Below, in pieces: positions 49,143-58,822 of a DNA stretch of 64,000 nt; the stretch's first letter is position 1, and every line of letters starts with the position of its first letter. Origin of the DNA: an uncultured archaeon (GTDB lineage Archaea; Asgardarchaeota; Thorarchaeia; Thorarchaeales; Thorarchaeaceae); assembly GCA_964610875.1 (NCBI GenBank), contig CAZSWP010000007.1, positions 1 through 64,000 of the forward strand. The letters run 5' to 3'. The position numbers and the translations under genes are program-made. Below the pieces are notes generated by a model that did not search any database, was not told where the DNA came from, and worked only from the letters and a program-made list of their open reading frames with translations.

Positions 49143-50498
49143 TTGGTTGTCAAAATGATAGAGGACATGTTCTCCTATATCGATCAGCACTCAGATAAAG
49201 CAATTGATGAACTCAAAGCACTCTGCAGAATTCCTTCGGTTGCTGCAAAGGGTGAGGGAATCGATGATGCTGCTGAATATGTAAAATCACTTCTTGATGA
49301 AATTGGTATGAAAACCAATATACACACTACATCAGGTAGTCCGGTTGTCACTGGTGAACTTGATTTTTCTAAGAAGAAAACATTGCTTTTCTACGACCAC
49401 TATGATGTCCAACCTGCAGAGCCATTCGACCTTTGGGATACTCCTCCCTTTCAACCTGATATAAGAAATGGAAGAATCTATGCTAGAGGTGTAGCTGATA
49501 ATAAAGGCGATATTATTTCACGAATATGGGCTCTGAAAGCATTTTTGGAACACGAAGATGAACTTCCAATAAATGTGAAATTCGTGATTGAAGGAGAAGA
49601 GGAAGTCAGTAGTCCGAATCTTGGTGAATTTGTGAAAGAGAATTCTGAGTTCATTAAGGCGGATGGAGGGATTTGGGAGTTCGGAGGAGAGAACATTCAA
49701 GGCTTACAGGAAGCATGGTTGGGTCTGAAAGGGCTGTTATATGTACAACTCGAAGTTGAAAAACTAGGAATGGACTCTCATTCAGCTAATGCTTGCATTT
49801 TACCATCTGCACCTTATCGTTTGATTTGGGCATTAAACTCGCTAAAAGATGAAGATGATAATATTCGGATTGATGGATATTATGATGATGTGAGAGACCT
49901 CTCAGAAGCTGAACTAGATACGATATCTAAGATCGATATCAAAGAGGAAGACTATCTAAAATTCTACAATATTAGTGAATTCTTGAAAGGTATGAGTGGT
50001 GAGGAGCTTCTCAAAGCTTACTATAATGCTCCCACATGTAATATATGTGGTATTGGAAGTGGTTGGCAAGGAACAGGGAGTAAAACAGTTCTGCCTGCAA
50101 AGGCATTTGCTAAACTCGATTTTCGTTTAGTTGAAAACATGGACCCTGAAATGGTTTTGAAGAAACTACGAACTCACTTGGATAATAATGGATTTTCTGA
50201 TATTAAGATTGCATGGTATCATGGGTATCCTCCAGCTAAAACGCCTGTTGACCATCCATTCATCTCAGTCGTGAATGAAGCTAACAAAGAAGTGTTTGGC
50301 CACGATATTGTGGTTCATCCAACAAATCCCGGTTCGGGTCCTCTGTATCTATTCAAGGAATTTGTTCCAATGGTTTCTATTGGTATAGGTGATTTCGGAT
50401 CTAGAGCGCACTCCCCAAATGAGAGTATCAAAGTGGAGAACTTCATAAATGGTACAAAGCGTATCATTTCACTAATTGAAAAGATGGGCAATTGGTGA
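49143..50498 (+). CDS. M20 family dipeptidase/deacylase
   Basis: HYDVQP, ARGVADNKG, EGEEE, HSPNE. Confidence 0.92.
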   Translation: MVVKMIEDMFSYIDQHSDKAIDELKALCRIPSVAAKGEGIDDAAEYVKSLLDEIGMKTNIHTTSGSPVVTGELDFSKKKTLLFYDHYDVQPAEPFDLWDTPPFQPDIRNGRIYARGVADNKGDIISRIWALKAFLEHEDELPINVKFVIEGEEEVSSPNLGEFVKENSEFIKADGGIWEFGGENIQGLQEAWLGLKGLLYVQLEVEKLGMDSHSANACILPSAPYRLIWALNSLKDEDDNIRIDGYYDDVRDLSEAELDTISKIDIKEEDYLKFYNISEFLKGMSGEELLKAYYNAPTCNICGIGSGWQGTGSKTVLPAKAFAKLDFRLVENMDPEMVLKKLRTHLDNNGFSDIKIAWYHGYPPAKTPVDHPFISVVNEANKEVFGHDIVVHPTNPGSGPLYLFKEFVPMVSIGIGDFGSRAHSPNESIKVENFINGTKRIISLIEKMGNW

Positions 50499-50872
50499 TA
50501 TTAATGCCAAAAGTCTGTGCAGTGACAATCTATGTTCATGATTTAAGAGAAGCAGAGGAATTCTATTGCAACAAACTTGGTTTTGACATGAAGCACAGAT
50601 CTGATTCATTGATTCATATAGAGAATGACTCTGTTGATATCATACTGGAAAAAGTAGAACAGAGGAGTACAGCAAAATATCCCGGGACGTCGCAAATAGT
50701 GTTGGGAATTGCAACATCTAATCTCTCTATGACAATGAGTGTATTGATAGACCTCGATGTTTCCTTTCTTCATTCCGAACCAAAAAAATTTCCTGCTGGG
50801 CAATTTATAGCTATTAGTGATCCATCAGGAAACGTGATTGAGCTTCTTGAATTCGAGAAGGAGAGTAATTAA
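50492..50872 (+). CDS. VOC/glyoxalase family protein
   Basis: IYVHDL.EA..FY...LGF and DPSGNVIELLE. Confidence 0.88.
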   Translation: MVILMPKVCAVTIYVHDLREAEEFYCNKLGFDMKHRSDSLIHIENDSVDIILEKVEQRSTAKYPGTSQIVLGIATSNLSMTMSVLIDLDVSFLHSEPKKFPAGQFIAISDPSGNVIELLEFEKESN

Positions 50873-50889
50873 AGCCGACTCTCCTTTCT
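50856..50889. terminator. hairpin between convergent genes
   Basis: AGAAGGAGAGT...ACTCTCCTTTCT. Confidence 0.4.
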
Positions 50890-50896
50890 TCAAGAT

Positions 50897-52495
50897 TTAT
50901 GGTAAGGGTGGTCTTATTTTAAGTCCTTTTTCCCATTCGACTTCAAAGGAATAGAATATCTCATATTTTTCTCCAGTGGGGATATTAACTTCCCATTCAA
51001 TAACACCAAGTTCGTTCTTTGTTGGTTGAAGTGAGATATCTTTCAGCTCCACGTTCGCTCTCTCTGAGCTACTATGTGGTATCCTATCTATCACCTTTAT
51101 TTCAATAGGTTCCTTGGCAAAACTCTGAATCTCTATTTTGTAAGTATATTCTCGTTTTGTCTTTCCACGGGTCAAACCTGCTTTTTCCGTATCTTTCGAA
51201 GACAGTTTCTTTTCAGCTTTGATGTTATACGCCGTCCTCGTTCCTAGTCTGAACTCTTCACGTGGTGATATCATTCCAAGATTGGTTTCTCCAATGAAAT
51301 CACCTTCTGAATAGACTTTCGCTACTCCCGGTAGAATAAGTGACTCTCCATTTGTAATCTCATCTTGTGCAACGGATTCAGGCATTGCATAGGCATTCCA
51401 GAAGTAAAGCTTCTTCGATTCGAACTCTTCTTCAGTCAGATTTACTGGATGCGGGTCGCGATCCGATTCAATCGTCACTCGACCGGGTACTTTGTACGTT
51501 ATAATTCCACCAAGGCCTTCTGATACTTCTGCTCTAGTGACAGCAAGTTCTGGTTCAGGTGCAGGTATATCAGCATCAATTGTCCTCAACATTTCTTCTG
51601 AGCTCTCTTCTTCCTCTTTATCGAATCCTCCCTCAACTGCACCAAGACCACCTCCATAGTCCGATGCTGGTGCCGTATATGGTTGGTAAACATCAATGAA
51701 CAACGGATTTGCCTTTACCGCACGTACAGGCTGGGCTGAGGCTGTGGAAATTGATAGCTCTACATCCTTCCAGTCCTCAAGAGTGTTGTTTTGAATGATT
51801 GCAAATCTTTTGAGAATTGCTTTCTCTTGTAGAAGGTCAACATCATATGTAGGTGCCCAGCTCGCATAATTCATCTGGTATGTGATTTCAAGTTCAATCT
51901 CTGTTTCCTCTTGGACATCAAGATTGATTTCGACCTCTTTGAGAACTTCTACCTTTCTTTGTCCATGCATTCGGTTGATTTCATTTTGGACTGTCTGAAT
52001 CTCAGACATGAGTTTTTCCTTTTCCAATGTGAGGTCTCTAATCTTTTTCTTTGCATCCAGAATGAGCTTTGTTGTCTTTGAATCAATTTCAATCAGTTTT
52101 TCAAGTGGTGTTTCTCCAGCTGCAAACCATTTTCCAAAGTATGGCGAAAACTGACTCAGCAATGTTGTAAATCTAGAAATCCTCGTCTGTTGATACTCTA
52201 GCTCTTTATCAAGATTATCTCGTTTCCTTTCCAAATCCTCAAGTCTATCCTGAAGCTCCTTTAGCTTCTCCTTTGGTATGAATTCCTTCGATTCTTCTTT
52301 GACATCAATACCTCTCATTGATGCCTTTCCTTTGCCCTTCACACGAAAGCTGTCTTTATGCGCAAATCTAGTAATGTTAGGAATGATGACCTTCTGTTCT
52401 CCGGCTTGTACTTTCACTGAACCGAGTCGTACAACACGAGCTCCGTCTCTGAATACTGTTACTTTATCGATTTTAGTTTCTATTTTCGTACTCAT
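50897..52495 (-). CDS. DUF4140/DUF4139 (MuiA-like) protein
   Basis: IDKVTVFRDGARV, coiled coil, ASW.P.Y, NNT.EDW, DRIP.S; ATG 52495 after GGAGG. Confidence 0.85.
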   Translation of the reverse strand: MSTKIETKIDKVTVFRDGARVVRLGSVKVQAGEQKVIIPNITRFAHKDSFRVKGKGKASMRGIDVKEESKEFIPKEKLKELQDRLEDLERKRDNLDKELEYQQTRISRFTTLLSQFSPYFGKWFAAGETPLEKLIEIDSKTTKLILDAKKKIRDLTLEKEKLMSEIQTVQNEINRMHGQRKVEVLKEVEINLDVQEETEIELEITYQMNYASWAPTYDVDLLQEKAILKRFAIIQNNTLEDWKDVELSISTASAQPVRAVKANPLFIDVYQPYTAPASDYGGGLGAVEGGFDKEEEESSEEMLRTIDADIPAPEPELAVTRAEVSEGLGGIITYKVPGRVTIESDRDPHPVNLTEEEFESKKLYFWNAYAMPESVAQDEITNGESLILPGVAKVYSEGDFIGETNLGMISPREEFRLGTRTAYNIKAEKKLSSKDTEKAGLTRGKTKREYTYKIEIQSFAKEPIEIKVIDRIPHSSSERANVELKDISLQPTKNELGVIEWEVNIPTGEKYEIFYSFEVEWEKGLKIRPPLP

Positions 52496-52506
52496 TTCAT
52501 TCCCTC

Positions 52507-54093
52507 CTATGGTAATGGTGGTGTTACAGTGACACCTTTCTCCCATTCAACCTCGTATTCGTATTTCAAAGTCATCTTTTCTCCTGCGGGAATCTTTTTC
52601 TTCCATTCCATTACTCCAAGTTCATGTTTGTCTGGTGCTATCTTTTCCATATCGGCTTTGACTGAAATCTGTGTGGAGTTACTATGCGGGATCCTGTCGA
52701 TAATCTCAATCTCAATTTGACGTTTAGAGAAGTTCTCAATCTTCAGTCTGTACGTGTAGTTCCGCTTTCTTTTTCCACGTGTCACCCCAGCTTTCTCGAC
52801 ATTTCGAATTGCTAGTGTTTTCTCTGCTTTGAGATCATATGCAGTTCTTGTTCCTAATCTAAACTCTTCTCGTGGAGACTGCTGTTCAAGATGGGTTTCA
52901 CCAACATACTCTCCTTTTGCTAAGACTTTCGCTGGTCCTGCAAGAATTACCGTATCACCATTGGTTACTTCATCTTGTGCAACTACTTCTGCCATTTTAT
53001 CAGCATACCAATAATGGATTGTTTTTGTATCCAGTTTCTCCTCAATGAGAGTGACCGGATGTTCGTCATTGTCATAGAGGACGGTAACAGGTTTTGGTAG
53101 ATGATATACTGTGATACCTGATACAGTTTCCTCTGCTTCAGCAAATGTTTCTTTCATTACTGGTTTAGGCGCTGGTGGTGGTGCTGCTCCACCTGGCGCT
53201 CGGGATGGCATCGCAGCCATCTTCATTCTTCTATCTCGTCTACCTTTCTCTCTTTTCTTTGCCATGTCTGCCTCTGGATCGTATACTGAAATATACCAAG
53301 GACTACCCTCCACAGCTGTTACTGGTCTTGCCAATGCAGTTGATACCGTGAAATCAACATCATTCCAGTCTTCTGTTGTTCGATTATTGACCATAGCGAT
53401 TCTTCGAAGCATTGCCTTATCGTCTACAAGGTCCACTTCATAATTTGGACTCCATGATGCACCTGTACATTGGTAAGCAATTTCTAGTTCGATCTCAGAC
53501 TCTTGTGATACTTCTAAAGAAACCTCAACATCATAGTAAGTATTTATTCTTCTATCTGCTCTTATTTTGTCAATCCTATCTCTCAACACTTGGATATCAA
53601 TGTCTAATTGCTTGGCCTCGCCTTCCAAATCTTGGAGTTTCTTTTGGGTTTCCTTGTAGGTTTTTTCTGCATGTTTATCGAGGGAGAGCATTTGTTCAAT
53701 GTCCCCTTCATTTGCTGCATAGACTTCTCCAAATGTTGTTGTGAATTCATTCATTATTTGTTCTATGTTGGATAATTTCAAATTGAAAGTTTGAATTTCA
53801 TCATCCACTCTCTTGCGATCTTGCAAAAGAGCTTCAAGTTCTTCTAGTAGTTTTGTAGTATCTTGATCAGGTTTGTATACTTCCTGTTTAGTAATCACAT
53901 CAATAGAGGATAATGATGCCTTACCCTTTCCCTTAACTCGGAAACTGTCCTCTCTTGCTTGGAATGTGATTCTTGGTACAATCACTTTTTGAGGACCAGC
54001 TTTTAGTTTGATTTTACCGATTCTAGTGACTCTTGCGCCGTCTCTAAAAACCGTGACCTCACTGATTTTATTCTTTAATTCGGTCAACTGCAT
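52507..54093 (-). CDS. DUF4140/DUF4139 (MuiA-like) protein, tandem paralog
   Basis: ISEVTVFRDGARV, ASWSPNY, NRTTEDW, DRIPHS. Confidence 0.87.
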   Translation of the reverse strand: MQLTELKNKISEVTVFRDGARVTRIGKIKLKAGPQKVIVPRITFQAREDSFRVKGKGKASLSSIDVITKQEVYKPDQDTTKLLEELEALLQDRKRVDDEIQTFNLKLSNIEQIMNEFTTTFGEVYAANEGDIEQMLSLDKHAEKTYKETQKKLQDLEGEAKQLDIDIQVLRDRIDKIRADRRINTYYDVEVSLEVSQESEIELEIAYQCTGASWSPNYEVDLVDDKAMLRRIAMVNNRTTEDWNDVDFTVSTALARPVTAVEGSPWYISVYDPEADMAKKREKGRRDRRMKMAAMPSRAPGGAAPPPAPKPVMKETFAEAEETVSGITVYHLPKPVTVLYDNDEHPVTLIEEKLDTKTIHYWYADKMAEVVAQDEVTNGDTVILAGPAKVLAKGEYVGETHLEQQSPREEFRLGTRTAYDLKAEKTLAIRNVEKAGVTRGKRKRNYTYRLKIENFSKRQIEIEIIDRIPHSNSTQISVKADMEKIAPDKHELGVMEWKKKIPAGEKMTLKYEYEVEWEKGVTVTPPLP

Positions 54094-54164
54094 TCTCCCT
54101 GCATTGCCTCTAACATTTAGGCATTTATTCTTTCAGGGTGTGGGATTCAGGAATTATCTTAATT

Positions 54165-54731
54165 CTAATTCTTCATTTTTCTGAATAGATGGATTAGTAT
54201 TAGTAGTAGAATCACCAAAACCCCAGTCAATAAGAAGACGAACTTGACAATAGTAATGTAATTTGCCAATGTAAAGATGATGTCTGACAAATTTGGATAT
54301 GAGGTGATTTGAATTATGTGGAGAACGTTCTCAATATAGTCTGTGAATGCGGCGAGAAGAGGTAGGGATGTTACGACACCGTATTTTCTGTGTACAGGAT
54401 AAAGATGTGCGGTCATATTGGCAATTGTCAATGCAAAAGCGAATCCGTATGCAAGTGGATATATCATATCGACTGCTTTGAGTACCAAATACAGTTGCCT
54501 TCCATCTGGACCTAATGCAGTAAGAAAATTGGAAGCATCTGATGGAGAATAGTTCAACCACATATCAAGAATTGGCAGCCCCCCACTTTGTGTGAGAATT
54601 ATTGGTGCTAGAGCTCCCATCATTACAATACTAAGGGCAAGTGTTAACAGGTAAAGAATAGTGATTATCCGTTTTGTTGCGTATTTCTGAATTCTATCGA
54701 GTAGTATGACCATAATGCATTGACACTCCAT
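54165..54731 (-). CDS. membrane protein of unknown function
   Basis: LD...NY, ALGPDGRQLY, DMIYP..Y, DYIEN pattern; about 4 TMs. Confidence 0.75.
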   Translation of the reverse strand: MECQCIMVILLDRIQKYATKRIITILYLLTLALSIVMMGALAPIILTQSGGLPILDMWLNYSPSDASNFLTALGPDGRQLYLVLKAVDMIYPLAYGFAFALTIANMTAHLYPVHRKYGVVTSLPLLAAFTDYIENVLHIIQITSYPNLSDIIFTLANYITIVKFVFLLTGVLVILLLILIHLFRKMKN

Positions 54732-54845
54732 GTTGTGTCACAACATCGTGACTTATGTTAGTTACTGGTAAAATCAGTTCTTCAGCTAATGACATATCGA
54801 TAACCCTTTGAAGTATGCCTTTTCTACCTTCAACTTGCGATTAAA

Positions 54846-55729
54846 GTGAAAGACTTCATAAAAGCAAATAGGGAATTATGGGATGCTAAGGTGGGCGTGC
54901 ACAAGAAATCCGAATTCTATGATATTGAGGGTTTTCTGAAAGGCAATTCAACACTTGATTCAATCGAAGTTGAAGAGATAGGTGAAGTAGTTGGCAAATC
55001 ATTATTGCATCTACAGTGCCATTTTGGATTGGATACTCTTTCATGGTCACGACTTGGCGCAGATGTTGTAGGAGTGGATTTTTCTAGAGATGCCATTGCT
55101 CTTGCAAATGAAATTTCAAACAAGACGGGGATTACTGCTAGATTCATACAATCAGATATCTATGAACTCCATGAGATGTTAGACGAAAAATTCGATATTG
55201 TGTTCACATCCGGTGGTGTTTTATGTTGGTTACATGATATGAAGCGATGGCTCAAATTATTGAGCATTTCTTGAAACCCGGCGGTGTATTCTATATTCGC
55301 GAGTTTCACCCGTTTAGTTACATCTTTGATGATGAAACAGAGGAAGACATTCTCCGAGTACGATATCCATATTTTCATAGCCATGAACCGATGAGCTATG
55401 TTTCGGACTCGACATACTCCAATCCAGATGAGAAAATGGAATCCAGAGTTGCGTATGAATGGGCACACAGTCTAGGTGATATAGTGACTTCCATTGCTGA
55501 TGTAGGATTGAGCATAGAATTTCTTCACGAGTTCCCATTCACCAGCTTTCGACAACTCACATTCATGGAGAAGAATCAGGATGGTAGGTGGGTGCTTCCT
55601 GAAAAAAAGAGCTCTATCCCATTCATGTTCTCAATACGCGCAATCAAAAAACAATTCGATCTATTCCTCTATTACCTTGAATTCATCTTTTCCACTCTCA
55701 CATTTTGGACAGGTCCAATCGCTAGGTAA
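54846..55729 (+). pseudogene. class I SAM-dependent methyltransferase split by a 1-nt frameshift
   Basis: LLHLQCHFG, FDIVFTS.GVL.W in first ORF; LKPGG.FY..EFHP, EW.HSL in second; adding one G at 55249-55250 restores ...KRWAQII... Confidence 0.8.
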
Positions 55730-55825
55730 ATCTTCAAACTTGGTTCCTGCTGTGATATCTAGTTGAGGGACACCGTATTCCTCTGAGTAGGTCCAATAGC
55801 AAACTTGGCATTCATAAGTCTTCAT
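55661..55825 (-). CDS. rubredoxin (not in ORF track)
   Basis: MKTYECQVCYWTYSEEYGVPQLDITAGTKFEDLPSDWTCPKCESGKDEFKVIEE. Confidence 0.92.
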   Translation of the reverse strand: MKTYECQVCYWTYSEEYGVPQLDITAGTKFEDLPSDWTCPKCESGKDEFKVIEE

Positions 55826-56042
55826 TCTAGAGGACTCCATCTGTATTTTGTTTTATAGTTCACTAGTGGTGACTGAAAATGAGGATTATTACTAGAATAA
55901 AAAGATACACCCGATGTGTTCAAATCATACTAGTTATAGAAAAAATCCTTCTTCATCTTCTAAATGATAATTCTTGGCGGAACCCAGTGGCATGGTCAAC
56001 TAGGTCCGCCTAAATGTTCGAATTTTTCATTACGTGAAGGAT

Positions 56043-56204
56043 CTACTCAATTTTTTCAAAGTCGTCCTTTGAGGCACCGCACATTGGACAGACCCAATCA
56101 TCCGATATGTCCTCAAATTTAGTACCTGGGTCAACACCGCTATCGGGGTCGCCTTTCTCTTCGTCGTAAACCCATCCACAAACAAGACATTCCCATTTTG
56201 CCAT
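56043..56204 (-). CDS. rubredoxin (not in ORF track)
   Basis: [53 protein letters not shown]; GGAG SD. Confidence 0.95.
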   Translation of the reverse strand: MAKWECLVCGWVYDEEKGDPDSGVDPGTKFEDISDDWVCPMCGASKDDFEKIE

Positions 56205-56357
56205 GTCTCGAATCTCCATGTTTTCTAGTTTGATACCTACAGTAAGGTATCTTCAAACAGTGAGGCACGCTATTGGATAAAAGGGTTGGGTTAGGATAGA
56301 AAAAGAAAAAGTAAGGAGGAAGTGGTGGGTTCTGCATCGAGAACCCTGACCTTCATC

Positions 56358-57629
56358 TTACCAATCTGGAGGTGTATCCTCTGCGGGTTCCTCTTCTTCC
56401 TCAGTTTCAGTTTCTTCTTCTGGTTCCTCAATAACATCTTCTGTTTCTGGTTCCTCTGAAGTAGGTTCAGACTCAGTTGCAGGTTCAGGAGCTGGTTCTT
56501 CTACTTGCTCTTCTTCATCTAAATCTACTTCTTCAACAGGGACAACAGGCATTTCTTCCTCTTTCGTTTCTGGAATATCGTGAATCTTTCTGGATCCGTA
56601 GATGTATCTGATTTCCATTAGTAATGCTACTAACGGGAAGATAAGCAGCTTGATTGCATCCCCAAGGGGTGCAGCAGTTGCTGGATCAGTTCCAAGGTCT
56701 GCTAGGATTATTCCTTGAGCTGTGTCCACAAAGATGTAGGCAGAGGCTAGGAAGTAAGTTAGTGCTGCTGCAAGTTCTTTGGAAATCCTGAATCTTGTAT
56801 CCATCTCAGCACGACTGGCAAGGCTGCTTCCTATTCCACTCATTGTGTATAAAATGAAGAATATCGAAATTGCGATGCTGACCAAGTCAAGATTGAGGTC
56901 AACCCCTTTCATTACGTTATAGATGAAATAGGCTGAATACGCCGATATGAAGAGTCCCAGTAATGACAAGTTATCTGCAGTTGGTTTGTTTCTCTCCCAA
57001 GTGATGATTAACCCATTTAGAAAGTTGAATCCTGTTGCTATGAGTAAGCCCAACAAGGCCCACCAAAATGGCGGAGTTAGGAATGCACTGAACATAATTG
57101 CTGATACAATGAATGCTCCAGCAAGAATGACGTAATTCAGAATGTTTAGGAATCCAAGCAATACCGTGAATATCTTGGACCTATGACCAACATCAACAGC
57201 ACTTGCATATGAGAGCGAACTTCTGGTAGAGAAGTATGCTTGAAATCCTACCCAACTAAGGAATCCTATGAGTAATACTGTCAAGACAATTGGCCATGCA
57301 ATTACCCAGAATATCACCGTTACAACTGCACTGATGATCATCCACACTATCGTATATTTTAATGAAGTTTTATACGATTCAGAACTTGCCACATACTCCT
57401 GCTTTCCAATTAATGACATGAAAATCACTAATAAAAAGTAGATTGGGAATGGCATCCCAATAATAACAACCAATGACTGTAATCCAGGAATATATGTTGT
57501 AGTCAGCCTCTCAAATACTGTGATGAGTGTTGTACCAAGCATGAATAGAAGTGTTATCCACTTCAGTCTCTTCGATGCAAGGAATAATTTCAGTCCATTA
57601 ACAAACTTAGTTAGAATAGGAATCTCCAA
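56358..57629 (-). CDS. multi-pass membrane protein with long acidic Pro/Glu-rich C-terminal tail
   Basis: about 10 TMs; ~65 aa low-complexity tail ending PPDW; GGAGG SD + TTG. Confidence 0.8.
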   Translation of the reverse strand: MEIPILTKFVNGLKLFLASKRLKWITLLFMLGTTLITVFERLTTTYIPGLQSLVVIIGMPFPIYFLLVIFMSLIGKQEYVASSESYKTSLKYTIVWMIISAVVTVIFWVIAWPIVLTVLLIGFLSWVGFQAYFSTRSSLSYASAVDVGHRSKIFTVLLGFLNILNYVILAGAFIVSAIMFSAFLTPPFWWALLGLLIATGFNFLNGLIITWERNKPTADNLSLLGLFISAYSAYFIYNVMKGVDLNLDLVSIAISIFFILYTMSGIGSSLASRAEMDTRFRISKELAAALTYFLASAYIFVDTAQGIILADLGTDPATAAPLGDAIKLLIFPLVALLMEIRYIYGSRKIHDIPETKEEEMPVVPVEEVDLDEEEQVEEPAPEPATESEPTSEEPETEDVIEEPEEETETEEEEEPAEDTPPDW

Positions 57630-57673
57630 TCATTGTACCTCCTTAAGTGAACATCTGTTCAATAGTAGAAGTG

Positions 57674-58141
57674 CTATTTATTCTTAAGCACGTATAGTAT
57701 TTCCTCTTCTAAAGTTTCCTTTACAGTTGGTTTCTCAATCAATGTTGCAATCCTATTGCCTTCTTTATCAAAAAATTCAAACCACGGGATTGCTTTTACT
57801 TTCCAATCATCCACCTCTGGTGGGGACGGTGGAATCGCCCATTGACGATTTGGATCTAATGGTGCTGTCTTAATACCACTAAACATCCTTACTTCCAAAC
57901 CAATCTTTTCCTCTAGATGGAGAAGGACAGGCACTGCATTTTTGCAGTCTTTACACCAAAGGGCACTCATTACGACCACAGTCAAATCTTTAGTAGTTTC
58001 TTTCAGTTCATCTAAGATATCGGTTTTCAGTTCGTAATTGTGATACTTCTCCATGAGTATTTCACGATTTTTTTCATCTACAGCATCAATGTATTCCTTT
58101 ACTGATTTTGTTCTTATTCGAATATCTTTGAGGTCCACCAT
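57674..58141 (-). CDS. thioredoxin-family protein
   Basis: WCKDC active site; AIP cis-Pro motif. Confidence 0.85.
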   Translation of the reverse strand: MVDLKDIRIRTKSVKEYIDAVDEKNREILMEKYHNYELKTDILDELKETTKDLTVVVMSALWCKDCKNAVPVLLHLEEKIGLEVRMFSGIKTAPLDPNRQWAIPPSPPEVDDWKVKAIPWFEFFDKEGNRIATLIEKPTVKETLEEEILYVLKNK

Positions 58142-58239
58142 AATTTCTGAGGACAGGATTGATTTAATAAAAATCTTCGTCTAGAGAAGCTCTATAAGAA
58201 AGATGTTCGAAGGTTACAACAAATGGATAGGTGATATAA

Positions 58240-58773
58240 TTGTCAACGGAGGTCTACAAGACCTTGGTTGTAGGACCAAGAAATGTGGGTAAATCTTCAC
58301 TTGTAAGAAGATTTCTCAGCGATAAATTCTCAGGGTCATATACAGCTACCGTTGGAGTAGCAATGGGTGTTGGTAAATTCGAATTTCCCGAAGGCAGAGT
58401 CGTTTTGAGTCTGGTAGACTTAGGCGGACAGGAATCATTCAGGTCTCTTAGAAACAGATTCTATCAGGGAGCTCATCATGTAATTCTTGTCTTTGATGTT
58501 ACAAGTCGTAAAACCTTCGATACCGTTCCAAAGTGGTTCCAGAGTTTAAATGATGGTATCTGGATATCCAACGAAGAGAAGAAGTCTGCAACACTGGTCG
58601 CGAACAAAATAGATTTGACTAGTACAAGAAAAATCACAACTGATGAAGCCCTGCAGATGGCAAGTATCATGTCCGTGGATTATTTTGAAACTAGTGCTAA
58701 AACTGGAGAGAATGTTCCAGAACTATTTCTTCATGCTGCAACTTCATGTAGGAAACAAGCAGGTCGATTGTAA
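58240..58773 (+). CDS. Ras-superfamily small GTPase, Rab-like
   Basis: G1 GPRNVGKS, G2 YTATVG, G3 DLGGQ, G4 NKID, G5 ETSAK. Confidence 0.93.
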   Translation: MSTEVYKTLVVGPRNVGKSSLVRRFLSDKFSGSYTATVGVAMGVGKFEFPEGRVVLSLVDLGGQESFRSLRNRFYQGAHHVILVFDVTSRKTFDTVPKWFQSLNDGIWISNEEKKSATLVANKIDLTSTRKITTDEALQMASIMSVDYFETSAKTGENVPELFLHAATSCRKQAGRL

Positions 58774-58822
58774 AAAAATGGGACTCGACTAGAAGAAAAT
58801 TAGGCACATCCAATATTTGCAG

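Noticed and set aside
54780-54800. GCTAATGAC as 3' part of a fluoride riboswitch
   Set aside because: The upstream GGnGATGG/pseudoknot half is absent.
55976-56010. Hairpin as archaeal SECIS element or iron-responsive element
   Set aside because: GAA-CCC and CAGTG occur only on the non-coding strand and not in the required geometry; neither rubredoxin has an in-frame TGA.
56020-56040. GTTCGAAT near 56016-56023 as a tRNA T-loop
   Set aside because: No T-stem, acceptor stem or cloverleaf around it.
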